64,000 bases of DNA from Vicugna vicugna (taxonomy: Eukaryota): contig MU058423.1 in assembly GCA_013265495.1 (NCBI GenBank), positions 3,053,061-3,117,060 of the forward strand, in the 5' to 3' direction. Under the pieces are notes generated by a model. The model was not told the DNA's origin. It did not search any database and saw only the letters and a list, made by a program, of their open reading frames with translations. Shown here piece by piece: positions 40,743 through 52,640 of the stretch; within the stretch, counting starts at the first letter, position 1; every line of letters begins with the position of its first letter. Made by a program: the position numbers and the translations under genes.

Positions 40743-41300
40743 TGTTGCAGAAAAACATGTTACAGCTTGGTGTTACAGCTCAGTTATGACAGCAACCTGG
40801 ATTGGGACAAGAGACCAAACAGCACTCGGAGCGTTGGAGACCAGCAGGCCCAGAGGAGTTAACACTCCAAACTCTGGACCCTGTCTGTAGGTTTACACAC
40901 GCTTTTATAGGCTGCCGGTTTACACTTTGCAACATCATATGCAAATAAGGTATAACAAAAGTTGACTAATTAAGAACAAGCTTTGTAGAAATGGACCAAT
41001 CAGGAGGGAGAGAAAGAACAAATCAGGAGTGAAGCTCCATGCAAATGAAGTACTACAAATGGACCAATCAGAAGTTAGGGAAATGGACCAATCAGGAGTG
41101 AAGGAAATAACCAATCAGGCGTGAGCTCAGGGAACCAATAGAATTTTAGTGGTAAGTTCCACTTTCCTAGAAGTAAGCCGTCAGAGGCAAAAAGTGAGAT
41201 AGAGCCTCTGGGCCAGGGAACTGGGTGGTGCTGGCAGAAGAGTAGTGGCCCTGCCTGGGAGGGTCCTGCCAGTCTTTTTTTATGGGGCCTTACCACATCA
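40743..41300 (-). mobile_element. ERV1-type solo LTR (558 bp), antisense to CLCC1
   Basis: TG...CA termini, perfect 4-bp TSD AATT (40739-40742 / 41301-41304), minus-strand TATAAAA at 40909-40903, CCAAT repeat array. Confidence 0.85.
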
Positions 41301-42279
41301 AATTGAGTTGCGGGGTCACCAGGATTGTTTTAAATTTGCTGTTTGAACTTTACTGAACAGTTGGAAACTTAATGAACTCGTGGCTTGGTAAGGAATTTCT
41401 ATCCCAGTACCTTACTTCTTGCTTTCTACCACTTCCACATTTCCTTATTTGGATGATGTAATATTATTATATATTGAGACATTATATATTGTGTTGTAAG
41501 TCGTTTTCCCCCCTAGCTGTTTGCTATGGCAAGGGATACTTTATAGGATTACATATTATGCACATGTTCCTTATGATTAATGTTAAGGTTCTATTTTTTA
41601 GATTTACTGTTTACACTTTGGGGAGTCAAAACATCAAGGAAACTTAAAGAAAAGGAGTGTTAGATGAATAATTTACTGATCCCACCTTATTTTGGGAATG
41701 TAAAGGTAGATGTACTCATATGTGTCCCCTTCAATTCAAGTCTTAGAACTGAGTGAGAAGTGGAACAGAGAATATTTTATAGATGAGGAAACAGATGGAG
41801 CCAGAAAATACTCAAGATGGAGATACTTGGCATATTTAGTTTCTGGTTGTTTAAAAATATTAATCAATGACTGCTTTTTAGTACTTACTGATGATTTGTG
41901 ATATTTACATAAAACTTTGGTTTTTCTCAATTTATATTTTTTGATATAAATATCTGGATTTACTGTTAGAGAAAAAAGAATTTTCTCTTACTTATATTAA
42001 CTGGTTATGTTTATAGTGATTATGCTAACCTGAACTCACCCTAATATAGTTGTGAATGTCATGTATGTTCATGGAAACCCAGTTTTTGCTGCTCCTTCAG
42101 ATCCCTTTTGTTTTTTATTTATAATACTGCAGATTTTAGGCTGTTTGAAAACTGTCAGCAAATGAAAAGTCATAAACTGAATCATAAAATAATGAGTTTA
42201 CTCTCATTATTGTGGATTCTGTATTTTTTAATTTGTCTATTTACTAAACTTTATTTGTAACCTCAGAATCAGTACTCAT

Positions 42280-42790
42280 GCTTTTGTGGTCACTCTCAGA
42301 CATGCGCAGAGCAGCCATCCTTTGAGTTGCCTGATGAGCCCATTCTCAGCTGAGGTGGAGCCCGTCCCTGTTCTGCCTTCTTGTTTCAGCTCGCATGCTA
42401 CAAACAATTCTCATGGTCTCTTTAGTGACATTTTTCAGGCTTTTTTTTTTTTTTGCTGTATAAGAATCTCCCAGATGTAGTGCTGTCTAGTGTTCTTAAG
42501 CACAGGAAGTCTGAGATGTGCCTTAGAGAAGATTCCCTTTTTAGATAAGCTTAGTTCAGTCATGGGGCACAGTGCTGTTGGCTGTGAGGTCAGGGTTAAG
42601 GGATCAATCGTATATATTAAGATGTCTTTAAAGAAAACGTTAAAAGGTTATGTATTGATTGGTTGATGGAAATGTGCTTGCAGGAACCTAATCCTGTATT
42701 TCCTGTAGGAACTATGGCTCAGTGTTTGCTGATTAGGGTTCAGTTGACTTTATAGAACACAACTACTGCAGATAGCAAGAATCAACTGTA
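42280..42790. mobile_element. Tigger7/MER44-like DNA transposon relic
   Basis: agtgctgtctagtgttcttaagcacaggaag...ttagataagctt motif; ends caactgta. Confidence 0.6.
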
Positions 42791-42990
42791 TTTTAGTAAA
42801 ATGTACAGTGAGTTACTTTGCATAAAGTTTTATAATTTTTGAAATGTTTTTCACACGTATTATCTTTGGTTTTCTTGTTGGCCTGTGAGACAGACAGGTA
42901 TTATTACTTATTTTTAACTATGAAATATTGTGAACTAATTATATATTTAATTCCAAATTAGTTTTTGTCTTAAAATATTTCATTGAGTAA

Positions 42991-43317
<327 letters not shown>

Positions 43318-43511
43318 TAAAAACTCCACTATAATTATGTTAAGAACTCATACTGCGTCAGTAATACTGGATTGAAGAATATGCAGCAAAATGGTACAAA
43401 TGATTTTGTGTATTTGAGTCCAGTTCTTTTGTTTTTGCCGATGGTTTGCATTTTTTGGTGGGGAGGATGGCTTGGCAGTGACTCTTCTTTCTGCTTCTTC
43501 CTGTTTTTGAG

Positions 43512-43652
43512 GTGCTTCTGTGTCTGCTCTGCATCGTGGTGTTAGTAGCTACCGAGCTGTGGACGTATGTTCGCTGGTACACCCAACTGAGACGTGTTTT
43601 ATTCATCAGTTTTCTCATCAGTTTGGGATGGAATTGGATATATTTATATAAG
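43512..43652 (+). CDS. CLCC1: CLCC1 coding exon 5, transmembrane ([47 protein letters not shown])
   Basis: tttgag|GTG acceptor, AAG|gtatta donor, 141 nt, two hydrophobic segments. Confidence 0.94.
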
Positions 43653-44874
43653 GTATTAAATAGCCAAAGGTTTTACAATTAAAAATGTTATTTCATAATA
43701 AAAGACCATTTTGAGCTAATCTCAGGTGAGGGTGGGAGGCAGTGGTTAGAGATGGTGTTGGTGAGGAAATTGGCACCTGCTCAGGTGAACTTGATTTTTT
43801 GGGGTCCTTGACCAGTTAGTGGGGAAAAATGTGCAGTCCTTATTTTCATAACCCCACTCCTGGTGATGGGGGGGCATCTGGACAGCTAAATCAGAGTAGA
43901 ACTAGGCAGATGCATTTGAAAAATGCTTATGTAGATAATTTGGGGTATATCCTTTTATTCTTTGCTAGAAATGATACCAAAATATTATTTTTTTAAGTTA
44001 GGTTATTTTCTGAATATAAAAGTGATGTATTCATGGTAGAAAATAAAGGAAAAATAGAACAATACAAAGAAATTTAATTTTTAAAGATTGACTATAATTT
44101 TATCACCTAGAGATAATCACTATCGATATTCTGAGGTATTTCTGAACTTTTTTCAAAATTTTAATTCTTTCAAAGTTGAGACCATGTTGTACATAGAAAT
44201 TCAAAAGAAGCACTATTGTTCCTGTCAAAGGAGCAGAATCATTGAAGGGAATTTTAGACCTTTTTGGCAGGGTGAGTCAGGTGGCCAGCTGTTTCAGTGC
44301 ATTCATCTGGTAAAACATGTGATGCTTTCCCTTAACCTTTGCTCTAAGTTCTGTGGCTTCTAGAACTAATTATTTATTAATTAGAGGAAGGAAGGTTGTT
44401 TGGTTGAATATTACTATCTCAGTGATTTCCTCCAGGGCTTTGATTAATAAAATATATATTGGTCATTTGTGCTGAAAACCATAGTAAAACACCATTTTGT
44501 CATGAATTGTAAAAGAAAATGCATGGTCATTTAATATGTATAGCTTTATTTTGGGGCATGATAGGAGCTATGTTTGAACTAATTTTTAAAACAATCTTTT
44601 TAGTAAAAAGGTTTCCCTTCCTCGTCATAATTACTTTACAAAGAAGGCAACTGTAGTTAGTTCTTTCTCTTTTCCTGTTGCATTAAGAGTGTTTTGCCAT
44701 GAGCTGAAAAGAGCTATTCTTTTAAAAATAATATATATTTTTTTCTATGAAAAAATTTTAAATAATCCAGTTTGGACAAATGGTGAAGACACACTCTGGA
44801 CTGAGGTTTTGAGGGTGGAAGGCATAACCTTCCTTGTTAGCAGCATTTCACAGCTCCCTTTTGGTGTTGGTCAG

Positions 44875-44968
44875 CTAGCCTTCGCCCAGCATCAGGCCGA
44901 AGTTGCCAAGATGGAGCCACTAAGCAACGTGTGTGCTGAGAAGATGGAGTGGACTGGAAGTCTCTGGG
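44875..44968 (+). CDS. CLCC1: CLCC1 coding exon 6 ([31 protein letters not shown])
   Basis: ggtcag|CTA acceptor, GGG|gtaagg donor, 94 nt. Confidence 0.93.
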
Positions 44969-45567
44969 GTAAGGTGTTGGTTCCCTGGGTCTTATTTTGA
45001 GTAAATTACAAGAGATGATAAAATGCCAGAAGGAGGCTTTCCATGACTGAATCTTTGGTATCAGGACAAGAGGAGTCTTAGGTTTCAGACCAGTGACTTC
45101 TGTGTTCATGTAATGTTGCAGGAACGGTATTATCTGCTCGCTCTGATACTGTCTCCCTGTATTCGACTGTGAAGGACCCTAGGCTCACTTTGGCTCGTCT
45201 AGTCCTTAGCATGGTGTCCAGCATGTTCTAGGTCCTCAACACAGCTTTATTAGCGAAGTGAATCAGTGTACATTCGAATTAATTTGCATCTTTGATTTAA
45301 TCTCCTTATATTGACTTATGACATCTTATAATGTAGCTTTACTATACTCTTTAATTAAGGGGGAAATTATTTTTTCTTTTTCTTACAGATTTTATAAACA
45401 TTCTTATGAATGTTGACTGCTTTTGGTTATATATGTCTAATAGTGGGAATGGTTTAATGATCAAAGGCTCTATAAATACAAGTCCATATTGACTATTGAC
45501 TGATACAGAATAGAATTTCAGCAGCAAATGAGGCTGTCCAAAATTAATTTTTTAAAAAAAGTTATGG

Positions 45568-45776
45568 TTAACCATTATATATAAAAATAGATAAAAAACA
45601 CATTTCTTCTGTATAGCACAGGGAACTATATTCAATATCTTGTAATAATCTTTAATGAAAATGAATATATGTGTGTGTGTATATATATGTACATGACTCG
45701 AACATTATGTTGTACACCAGAAATTGACACATGGTAACTGACTGTCCTTAAAATAAATAAATGGCCTTAAAAAAAA
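45568..45776 (+). mobile_element. 5'-truncated young L1 3' end
   Basis: ctgtatagcacagggaactatattcaatatcttg...; TSD aaaaaaagttatgg / aaaaaaagatatgg. Confidence 0.85.
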
Positions 45777-46407
45777 GATATGGAAACTAAACCAATCCAG
45801 CCTTGCTTCCTGGCTTCAAGGAACAATTCAGTGCCTCCTGGAGCTCATGTTAGTACATAATGTACATTTATGATTTAGAAAAAGCAGGAGAACTAGTGTT
45901 CTACATTCTTTTTTTAAAAAGTAAGTACTGACTTTTTAAATTGAAATTTTATTGAGATAGTTGTAGGTTCACAGGTAGTTGTAAGAAACAATACAGAGAG
46001 ATCCTGTACCCTGTACCCATTCCCCACACTGGCACCACTTTGCAGAGTTGTAATAGTGCAGTATCACAGCCAGGATACAGGCCACCAGTCTTACTCAGAT
46101 TTCCCCAGTTTTACTTGGACTCCCTTGTGTGTGTAATGAACTGCTTTTAATTACTTTTTAGAAATCTTCATAAAATATTTTATGTGTATAAGATTTGTAT
46201 AATTTGAATAGATTTTAAAAATATTTAGGACATATGATAAAATTAAAAAAAATCACTATTACTGGGAGTCTATTTGTAGAACAATTTGAAATTGATTGGG
46301 GGCTGTAGGGGAGGGAGAGTTAGCACCAAAATACTGTCTTATTTGGGAATGAAATGTGACTTTTTTGTCTTAATGACTCAATGTTTTTTGTCTGTTTCTC
46401 TAAATAG

Positions 46408-46505
46408 AATGGTTTAGAAGTTCATGGACCTATAAGGATGACCCATGCCAAAAATACTATGAGCTCTTATTAGTCAACCCTATTTGGTTGGTCCCACCGA
46501 CAAAG
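46408..46505 (+). CDS. CLCC1: CLCC1 coding exon 7 ([32 protein letters not shown])
   Basis: aaatag|AA acceptor, AAG|gttaga donor, 98 nt. Confidence 0.95.
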
Positions 46506-46781
46506 GTTAGAATATATTTTTTAAAAGTTACCTATACAAACAAGTAAAATAAATACATGTTTGTGAAGAATTGTTAGTGCTTTTTACAGTCATTTTGCTA
46601 ATAATAAACCTTTGTTCTAGGGAAAAATACTTCCACTACACAGTGATCTTTACATTAAAAGCATATGATAGCATTTACATTTATGGGATTTCATAATTAG
46701 AGCACAGTCAATTTTGGCTTACTCTATGTGCCTCAGTTGTTTGAGGGGAAAAAATTAAGTTACTTTTATCTTATGTTTTAG

Positions 46782-46928
46782 GCATTTGCAGTTACATTCA
46801 CCAACTTTATCACAGAGCCCCTGAAGCATATTGGAAAAGGAACTGGTGAATTTATTAAAGCGCTGATGAAGGAGATTCCAGTGTTACTTCAGATTCCGGT
46901 GCTGATAATCATGGCATTAGCTGTCCTG
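46782..46928 (+). CDS. CLCC1: CLCC1 coding exon 8 ([49 protein letters not shown])
   Basis: ttttag|GCA acceptor, CTG|gttagt donor, 147 nt. Confidence 0.95.
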
Positions 46929-47044
46929 GTTAGTATATAACACTGTTAACACTTAACAGGATTTTCAGAAAAAAGGCAGTTCTAAAATTAGGTTTCTTTT
47001 ATGTTGTAAATCAGGCTAAATCGTGCTTAATGGTATGAAATGAG

Positions 47045-47220
47045 ATATATATATATATATGTATATATACACATATATGTATTATTTTGAGGGGAGGTAA
47101 TTAGTTTTATTTATTAGTTTATTTACTTGCTTATTTTTTAACAGAGGTTCTGGGGATTGAACCTAGGACCTTGTGCATACTAGGCATGCACTCTACCACT
47201 GAGCTACACCCTCTCTCCCC
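47045..47220 (-). mobile_element. tRNA-derived SINE (camelid type) with (TA)n-like tail
   Basis: Reverse complement of the SINE family at 9021 (ggggattgaacctagg...ctctaccactgagcta). Confidence 0.88.
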
Positions 47221-47909
47221 TGAAGTGGTATGATTTTTAAGTGGTAGATGCTTATTTATACTTATGTGTACATTCCTCTAAGCAAGGAAATGGTTCTGGA
47301 GTTTGATTGTAGATGTCAAAACAGTGATTTAGAATACCTTTTAAGATTTGTTCTTTAAACTTCATGAAGTTGTTTGAAATCAGTTATGTCCTCTTTGACA
47401 AAGGGGGCCTTCAGTCTTGAGTTTTGGCCACACTGAGAACATTGGGTTTAACATAGAATCAGAAAGGAATGAAGAAGGAGGTGGGTGTGCTGAGAAACAA
47501 TTTGGGAATCCAGGAGCAGACGTTTATTCAGTAATGTTACACTATTACTCTTCATTCATCCATGGTGTCTTCAGCTTTTTTGGGGTTGATTTTCAGCCCT
47601 TACCGCAATAAAACAGTTGTCCCATAAAACAAAATGTAAAGAACTCAGATGTGCCATGGGGTATTAGTAAAGAATTGTCTTCCCTAAGGATGCTCTGTTT
47701 ACCTCAGAATTGCTCCTGTTTTGTTTTTGCTTTTTGTCTTGTGATTGGGACTCATTGGTTTAGGGGAATGGTGTTGCTAGGTGACATCAATTGTATAATG
47801 TACTTAGTTGGTCTCTGAAACTGAAATTATAAGCCCCTTCATCTACTTCATCTGCTGCCTTAAAAAAGGCGTTTTGCTGCTCTGTCTTCAAATAATAGTA
47901 TCTCTAGGA

Positions 47910-48226
47910 CAGTGGTTTTCAAACTTTTTGTCCTCAGGACCTTTTGTATTCTTAAGAATTGAAGACCACAGAGAACACTTGTTTGTGGGTGTTTTATTTA
48001 TTGATATTTACCAAATATTTTAAAAATACAAGTATACACAAGCCCACAGTGAATAAGCCACAAGAGTGAGGAAGTCACTCTAGCCCCACAAGACTCTGCT
48101 GTACGCTCACAAGACGAGAATGAAGGAGACTGATGTCATTGCATTATGAAAAGTTTTGACCTCACAGATTCCTGAGAGTCTCAGGGGTCCCCCAGGGGCC
48201 TGTGGGCCATACTTGGAGAACTCCTG
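47910..48226. mobile_element. hAT-Charlie-type DNA transposon relic
   Basis: cagtggttttcaaa ... ttggagaactcctg terminal inverted repeats. Confidence 0.7.
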
Positions 48227-48738
48227 CCTAATTTTTCCCATGGAATGTGACTCAGAACCTATTGGATTTTAGCTAAAGCTAAAGCAAGTGTGTATTTATT
48301 AAAACAAACAAAAAAGCTAAAAAACCTACAGGAGAATGTTTACATAATGACATATAACTTTAAATAATTTTCAGCATTTACCTTACATAATGAGTGTGGC
48401 TATAGACAATATATGAGCAATTATCAGACAATTAGCACTCCCTAATTTAAATTTCTAGGCTTTACCTGTTGTTATGATATAATTCAGTCAAAATGTGTCC
48501 AACTGATTGAAATGTCTACTTAATACTTGGCGATTTTACAAATTTTGTTGGCTGCTCTGGCCCTGTATTAATCTAGAGAAGAGATTGCTAATGAAAGCCC
48601 AGTGGAACTGACATGTTTGTGCCTATAAATGCCACAAGTTAAATTACATAATTTTGTCGGTACTGAGGAAAGCACCTCATAATTTCGTTGTAAGTCAACC
48701 ATTAAGTACTCAGGAAGGTGCATGTCTTTTCCTTCTAG

Positions 48739-49080
48739 AGTTTCTGCTATGGTGCCGGAAAATCAGTTGATATGCTGAGACACGTGGGTGGTCCTGAAAG
48801 CAAGCCGCCCGCGGCACTTCAGCCAGCTGAAAGAAGACGGCAGCAGGAAATTGATTATAGGCCCTATGGTGGAGCAGGTGATGCAGGTTTCTACTATAGG
48901 AGCCAGATTGGCCCCATTGAGGAAGGCCCTTATAACAAAACATATGAGGGTGGAAGAGATGTTTTGAGAGAGAGAGATGTTGACTTAAGATTTCAGACTG
49001 GCAACAAGAGCCCAGAAATACTTCGGGCATTTGATTTACCAGGCGCAGATACAAGAGAGCATCCCAAGGTGATACCCAGT
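48739..49080 (+). CDS. CLCC1: CLCC1 coding exon 9 ([24 protein letters not shown]...EHPKVIPS)
   Basis: ttctag|AGT acceptor, AGT|gtaagt donor, 342 nt open frame. Confidence 0.94.
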
Positions 49081-50484
49081 GTAAGTTAGCAACTGTTTTA
49101 TTTTGCTCTCCCTTCATACTAGGCTTAAGTGCTTCCTGTAGAGCTTTTGCTTAAGTGTTTTGACTCTAACTTTACTTTCATGGCTGATTATATCATTAAT
49201 GATATAATTATTCACTCTCTCTGTCCCCCTTTCTGGTCAAAAGTTAGTCCAGCCTCCTCAGAAGAAATGAAATTTAATTTTTATGTTAAATACTATATAA
49301 GAGTAATTTGTTAGAACAGATGGTAATTCATATGAAATTTCATAGGAAACCAACAAGTGAGCATGACTGAAATTCCTACCTTTGAAGAGATTGGAGGGAA
49401 GACCTCACTGAAGGCCTGGAGCCTTAGGGAGCCTGCAGGAGAGCCCTGGAGCCTTATCTAGATGAGGAGGGAGCTGGGGAAGGCTCAAAAAGTTTGCTTT
49501 CCCAAATCTTTCATATCGCTGGCTGGCTAGACTATTTTCTGTCTGTGGAATGGCGAGGCCTCTTTTCTACCATTATTGGCCACGGACATTACCATTTCTG
49601 TTTGAGAGAGGAATTTGTATTTTCATTTGCAGATGTAAACCTTTGAGAAATAGTAATAAGCACAATGGAATTTAGGAAATTGTTAGAATCCTTTATGTGG
49701 AGTTCCTTATAAGAAACATACCTCCATGCATCTAGAAAATTAAGATGTCCCTTTCAGCTTTAATAGTTAATGGTTATCTGTCATTTATCTCAAAAATTGT
49801 CTCGAGTTCCTGGCTCACTTGAAGGAAAAGCCAAAGATACCATGATGGCCTAGGGCTTCCCTCCTCCTGCTCTCCCTCCCTGCTTCGGCCACAAGGGCCT
49901 CCTGACTACTCCTTGAACTCAGCCTTTGTACTTGCTGTTCACTGTCAAGAATGCTGTTCCTCATATATTCATATGGTTCATTTCTTCAAGCCTTCACTCA
50001 CATCACCTTTTCAGACCACCCTGATTTAAACAGTAATCCAACCCCCTACCCCAGCATGATACTGCTAATTTATTGCCTGATTCTCTTCCCAGCCTAAATG
50101 TCAATTCCAGGGAGGGCAGGGATTTTTGTCTCTTTGGTGTCTCTTGTATGCCCAGCACCTAGAACTTAATATATACTCTGTAAATACCTGTGGAATGAAT
50201 TATTCTCACCAGGTAAGAGGCGTTCACAGTACTGGGCACTAGTCCTCCTCACCCTTCCTAAGCTGGGTACTGGACCACCTAGCGTATCCCAAGTGTCCCA
50301 CTCCTCCATGTACAGTTCCGTGAGGCTTACTAATTTGTATAACTACAATCCAGCACTGGAACCAGGACTTGAAAGAGTTGAACGTTTGCTATAACAGATT
50401 TGTTTGGGAACTTACTAAACACGTTTATTACAAAACTTCACATTATGTTAAACAGTGAAAACACTGTACTTCTCTACTTTTTAG

Positions 50485-50760
50485 CATAAATCACCTGTTT
50501 TGGACACAAAGCCCAAAGAGATTGGTGGAAACCCAGGAGAAAGCACACCTACAGAAAACCGCACTGAAAGCAGCCACTCTGATAAGCCTGTCTCTGGCCA
50601 GCGTGTATCAGAAGAGAGTGTGGAAGCGTCCCCTGCAGTGGAAAAGGCCCAGCTCAGGACTGTTGCCCCAGGCAGCCCAGAGGAAGGCAGAACACCCAGC
50701 CCAGCAAGCACCGCGGTGGGAGTGTGTGGGAAGGATCCGGACGGCGGCCCGTGTGACTAG
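50485..50760 (+). CDS. CLCC1: CLCC1 last coding exon ([15 protein letters not shown]...DPDGGPCD*)
   Basis: ttttag|CAT acceptor; TAG at 50758-50760; summed CDS is 1659 nt = 552 aa + stop. Confidence 0.93.
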   Translation, partial: HKSPVLDTKPKEIGGNPGESTPTENRTESSHSDKPVSGQRVSEESVEASPAVEKAQLRTVAPGSPEEGRTPSPASTAVGVCGKDPDGGPCD

Positions 50761-52444
50761 AGGAACACAGACACGGAGCACATCTGTGAGGTCGACTTGG
50801 GTTTTATAAAGTATACTGTTCACAGCTATTTCCTCTTCTCGTCAAACATTCTGATATTTACTACCCAGGTGGCAACTTTAATATTTCATACTGACAATCA
50901 GAATTAACAAACACACATGTATCTGTTTAATTTCTTCTTTGATATTAAGATGCATCCCATAAAGTTTTAAAGTGTTAATTTTGGAACAGGATCTCATAGG
51001 TGAACATACGGCAGGCATTAATGATTTTGAATAATTTAAAAGGCCAGTTTGAATTAGAGGATCTATTGTTTACAGGCATATATAGGAACCAACTCACCAG
51101 TGTGTGTGTTGCCTACTGGAAGTCCTGTTAACTTTAGTTAACAGAATAATCTGTTAGTTGTGCATTGGACTGAAAGTGTTTCTGAAAGTGGTAGGTACTC
51201 AAAAACAACTTTTAAGGAAAGTCACTGTAGTCAAGCTTACCTCTTCCTGCACTTCAGCATCTTAATGCAGCCACGGAGTCTGCATCACCAGTGTCAATTT
51301 GTCTCGTGTAGGCTGCCCACAGATCAGCCTTCATCTCAACTCTTACAGCGTTACTGGGCCTGCTTCCTTACCCCGCCTTTAACTTTATCCTTATCTAAGA
51401 CAGAACTGAAGACTGCCAGGGGGATTTAGATTATACAGCTTGTTAAATTGGTAATCTCAGCTTTACACATTTTGAGAATACCTTTATTCTTTCCCCACCA
51501 AATGAAGTGCATAGGCTTTCTAAGACCCATGTTCCTTGCACTCAGAATCCCAGCAATTGAGATTGTTAGACATTACTGTATCTCATTTATATTACACTAA
51601 ACCATATTGTGCAAGACATATGAAGTTCTCATTTTTAGAGATCTATACAAAGAGAATAAATACCATGATAAGGTAGAGTAGGGTGTTTTTTTAACCCTAG
51701 GCAGGTGATTTAATCAACATTTTAAATTACTCTGATTTTTATAACTATTCCTCATTTTAAACTTAAAAAAAAAGCAATTTATAAATTTTGCACAAGACCT
51801 AGCTAGGAAGCAAATTGTACACATATTTGGGTATCCTTTGCTTTAACCGTCACACTACAAGTTATATTCAGCTGCTTATTAAAAATGATACCAGTCAGGA
51901 ATAGTCTTAAAATATTCATGCAGGCATGTCTTTCACAAAAAAAGGTGTATTCAAAGCATTCACTTTTTGATATGTTTTTTACATGAAATGCAGAATACCC
52001 ATTTTTGGCTCCCAGAAGCATCACTTAGATGCCTGTAACAATTTTATGTGTTAATATTATTTTATAGTTTAATATTGCAAATATCTTTAGCATTTCATCA
52101 GGAAGGTAATTTTTCCCAAGAAATGCAGGAGGATTTTATATAAAACTTTCTAACACAGTAGGCATGTAAGGATGCCTGCAGTTTGGGATAGGTTTGTGAG
52201 CATCAGTGCATATCAAGTCCTCTAGTGGCCAGGCCCGTTCACACTGATGGGTGAATATGCTCCCAAGGTGCTAGTCGTCCTCTGAGCTGTGATCGGAATC
52301 TCCAGTGAAATGAATGCCTCAGTTGATAGACAGTAACTATGAGAGCAGAGTTAATGCTGTTTTGCACTTCTGACTGCTTTTATCAATCTAAAAATGAATC
52401 TTTGAAAGAAAATTTAAGTTCACATTTGTATTCTTTCATTACAG

Positions 52445-52640
52445 ATAACCATTTGGGGATGGAATCTACTTTGACAGCTAGCAAGGCAACAAGCTACTGC
52501 TGTTGAAAGATGGCAGCAGTTCAGGGAAGACTTATTAAAGTAAATGGAACAGATCAAGGCTAGTTTATAACTAGAAGAAATAGGCTTGTTTATTGTCTAG
52601 CCAATATTTATCATTAAAATCGAGGATTATAGTAATAAGC
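52445..52640 (+). other. CLCC1: Probable terminal non-coding exon of CLCC1
   Basis: Acceptor ttctttcattacag|ATA; sequence resembles the recalled human CLCC1 3' UTR (ccatttggggatg...tactttgacagctagcaagg); ATTAAA at 52613-52618. Confidence 0.65.

Noticed and set aside
40990..41140. Regularly spaced ~24-bp accaatcagg repeats as a CRISPR-like array
   Set aside because: Tandem enhancer repeats inside a mammalian LTR; no unique spacers or cas genes.
48710..50823. Antisense and alternative-frame ORFs over CLCC1 coding exons 9 and 10
   Set aside because: Shadows of real coding exons with no independent promoter or splice support.
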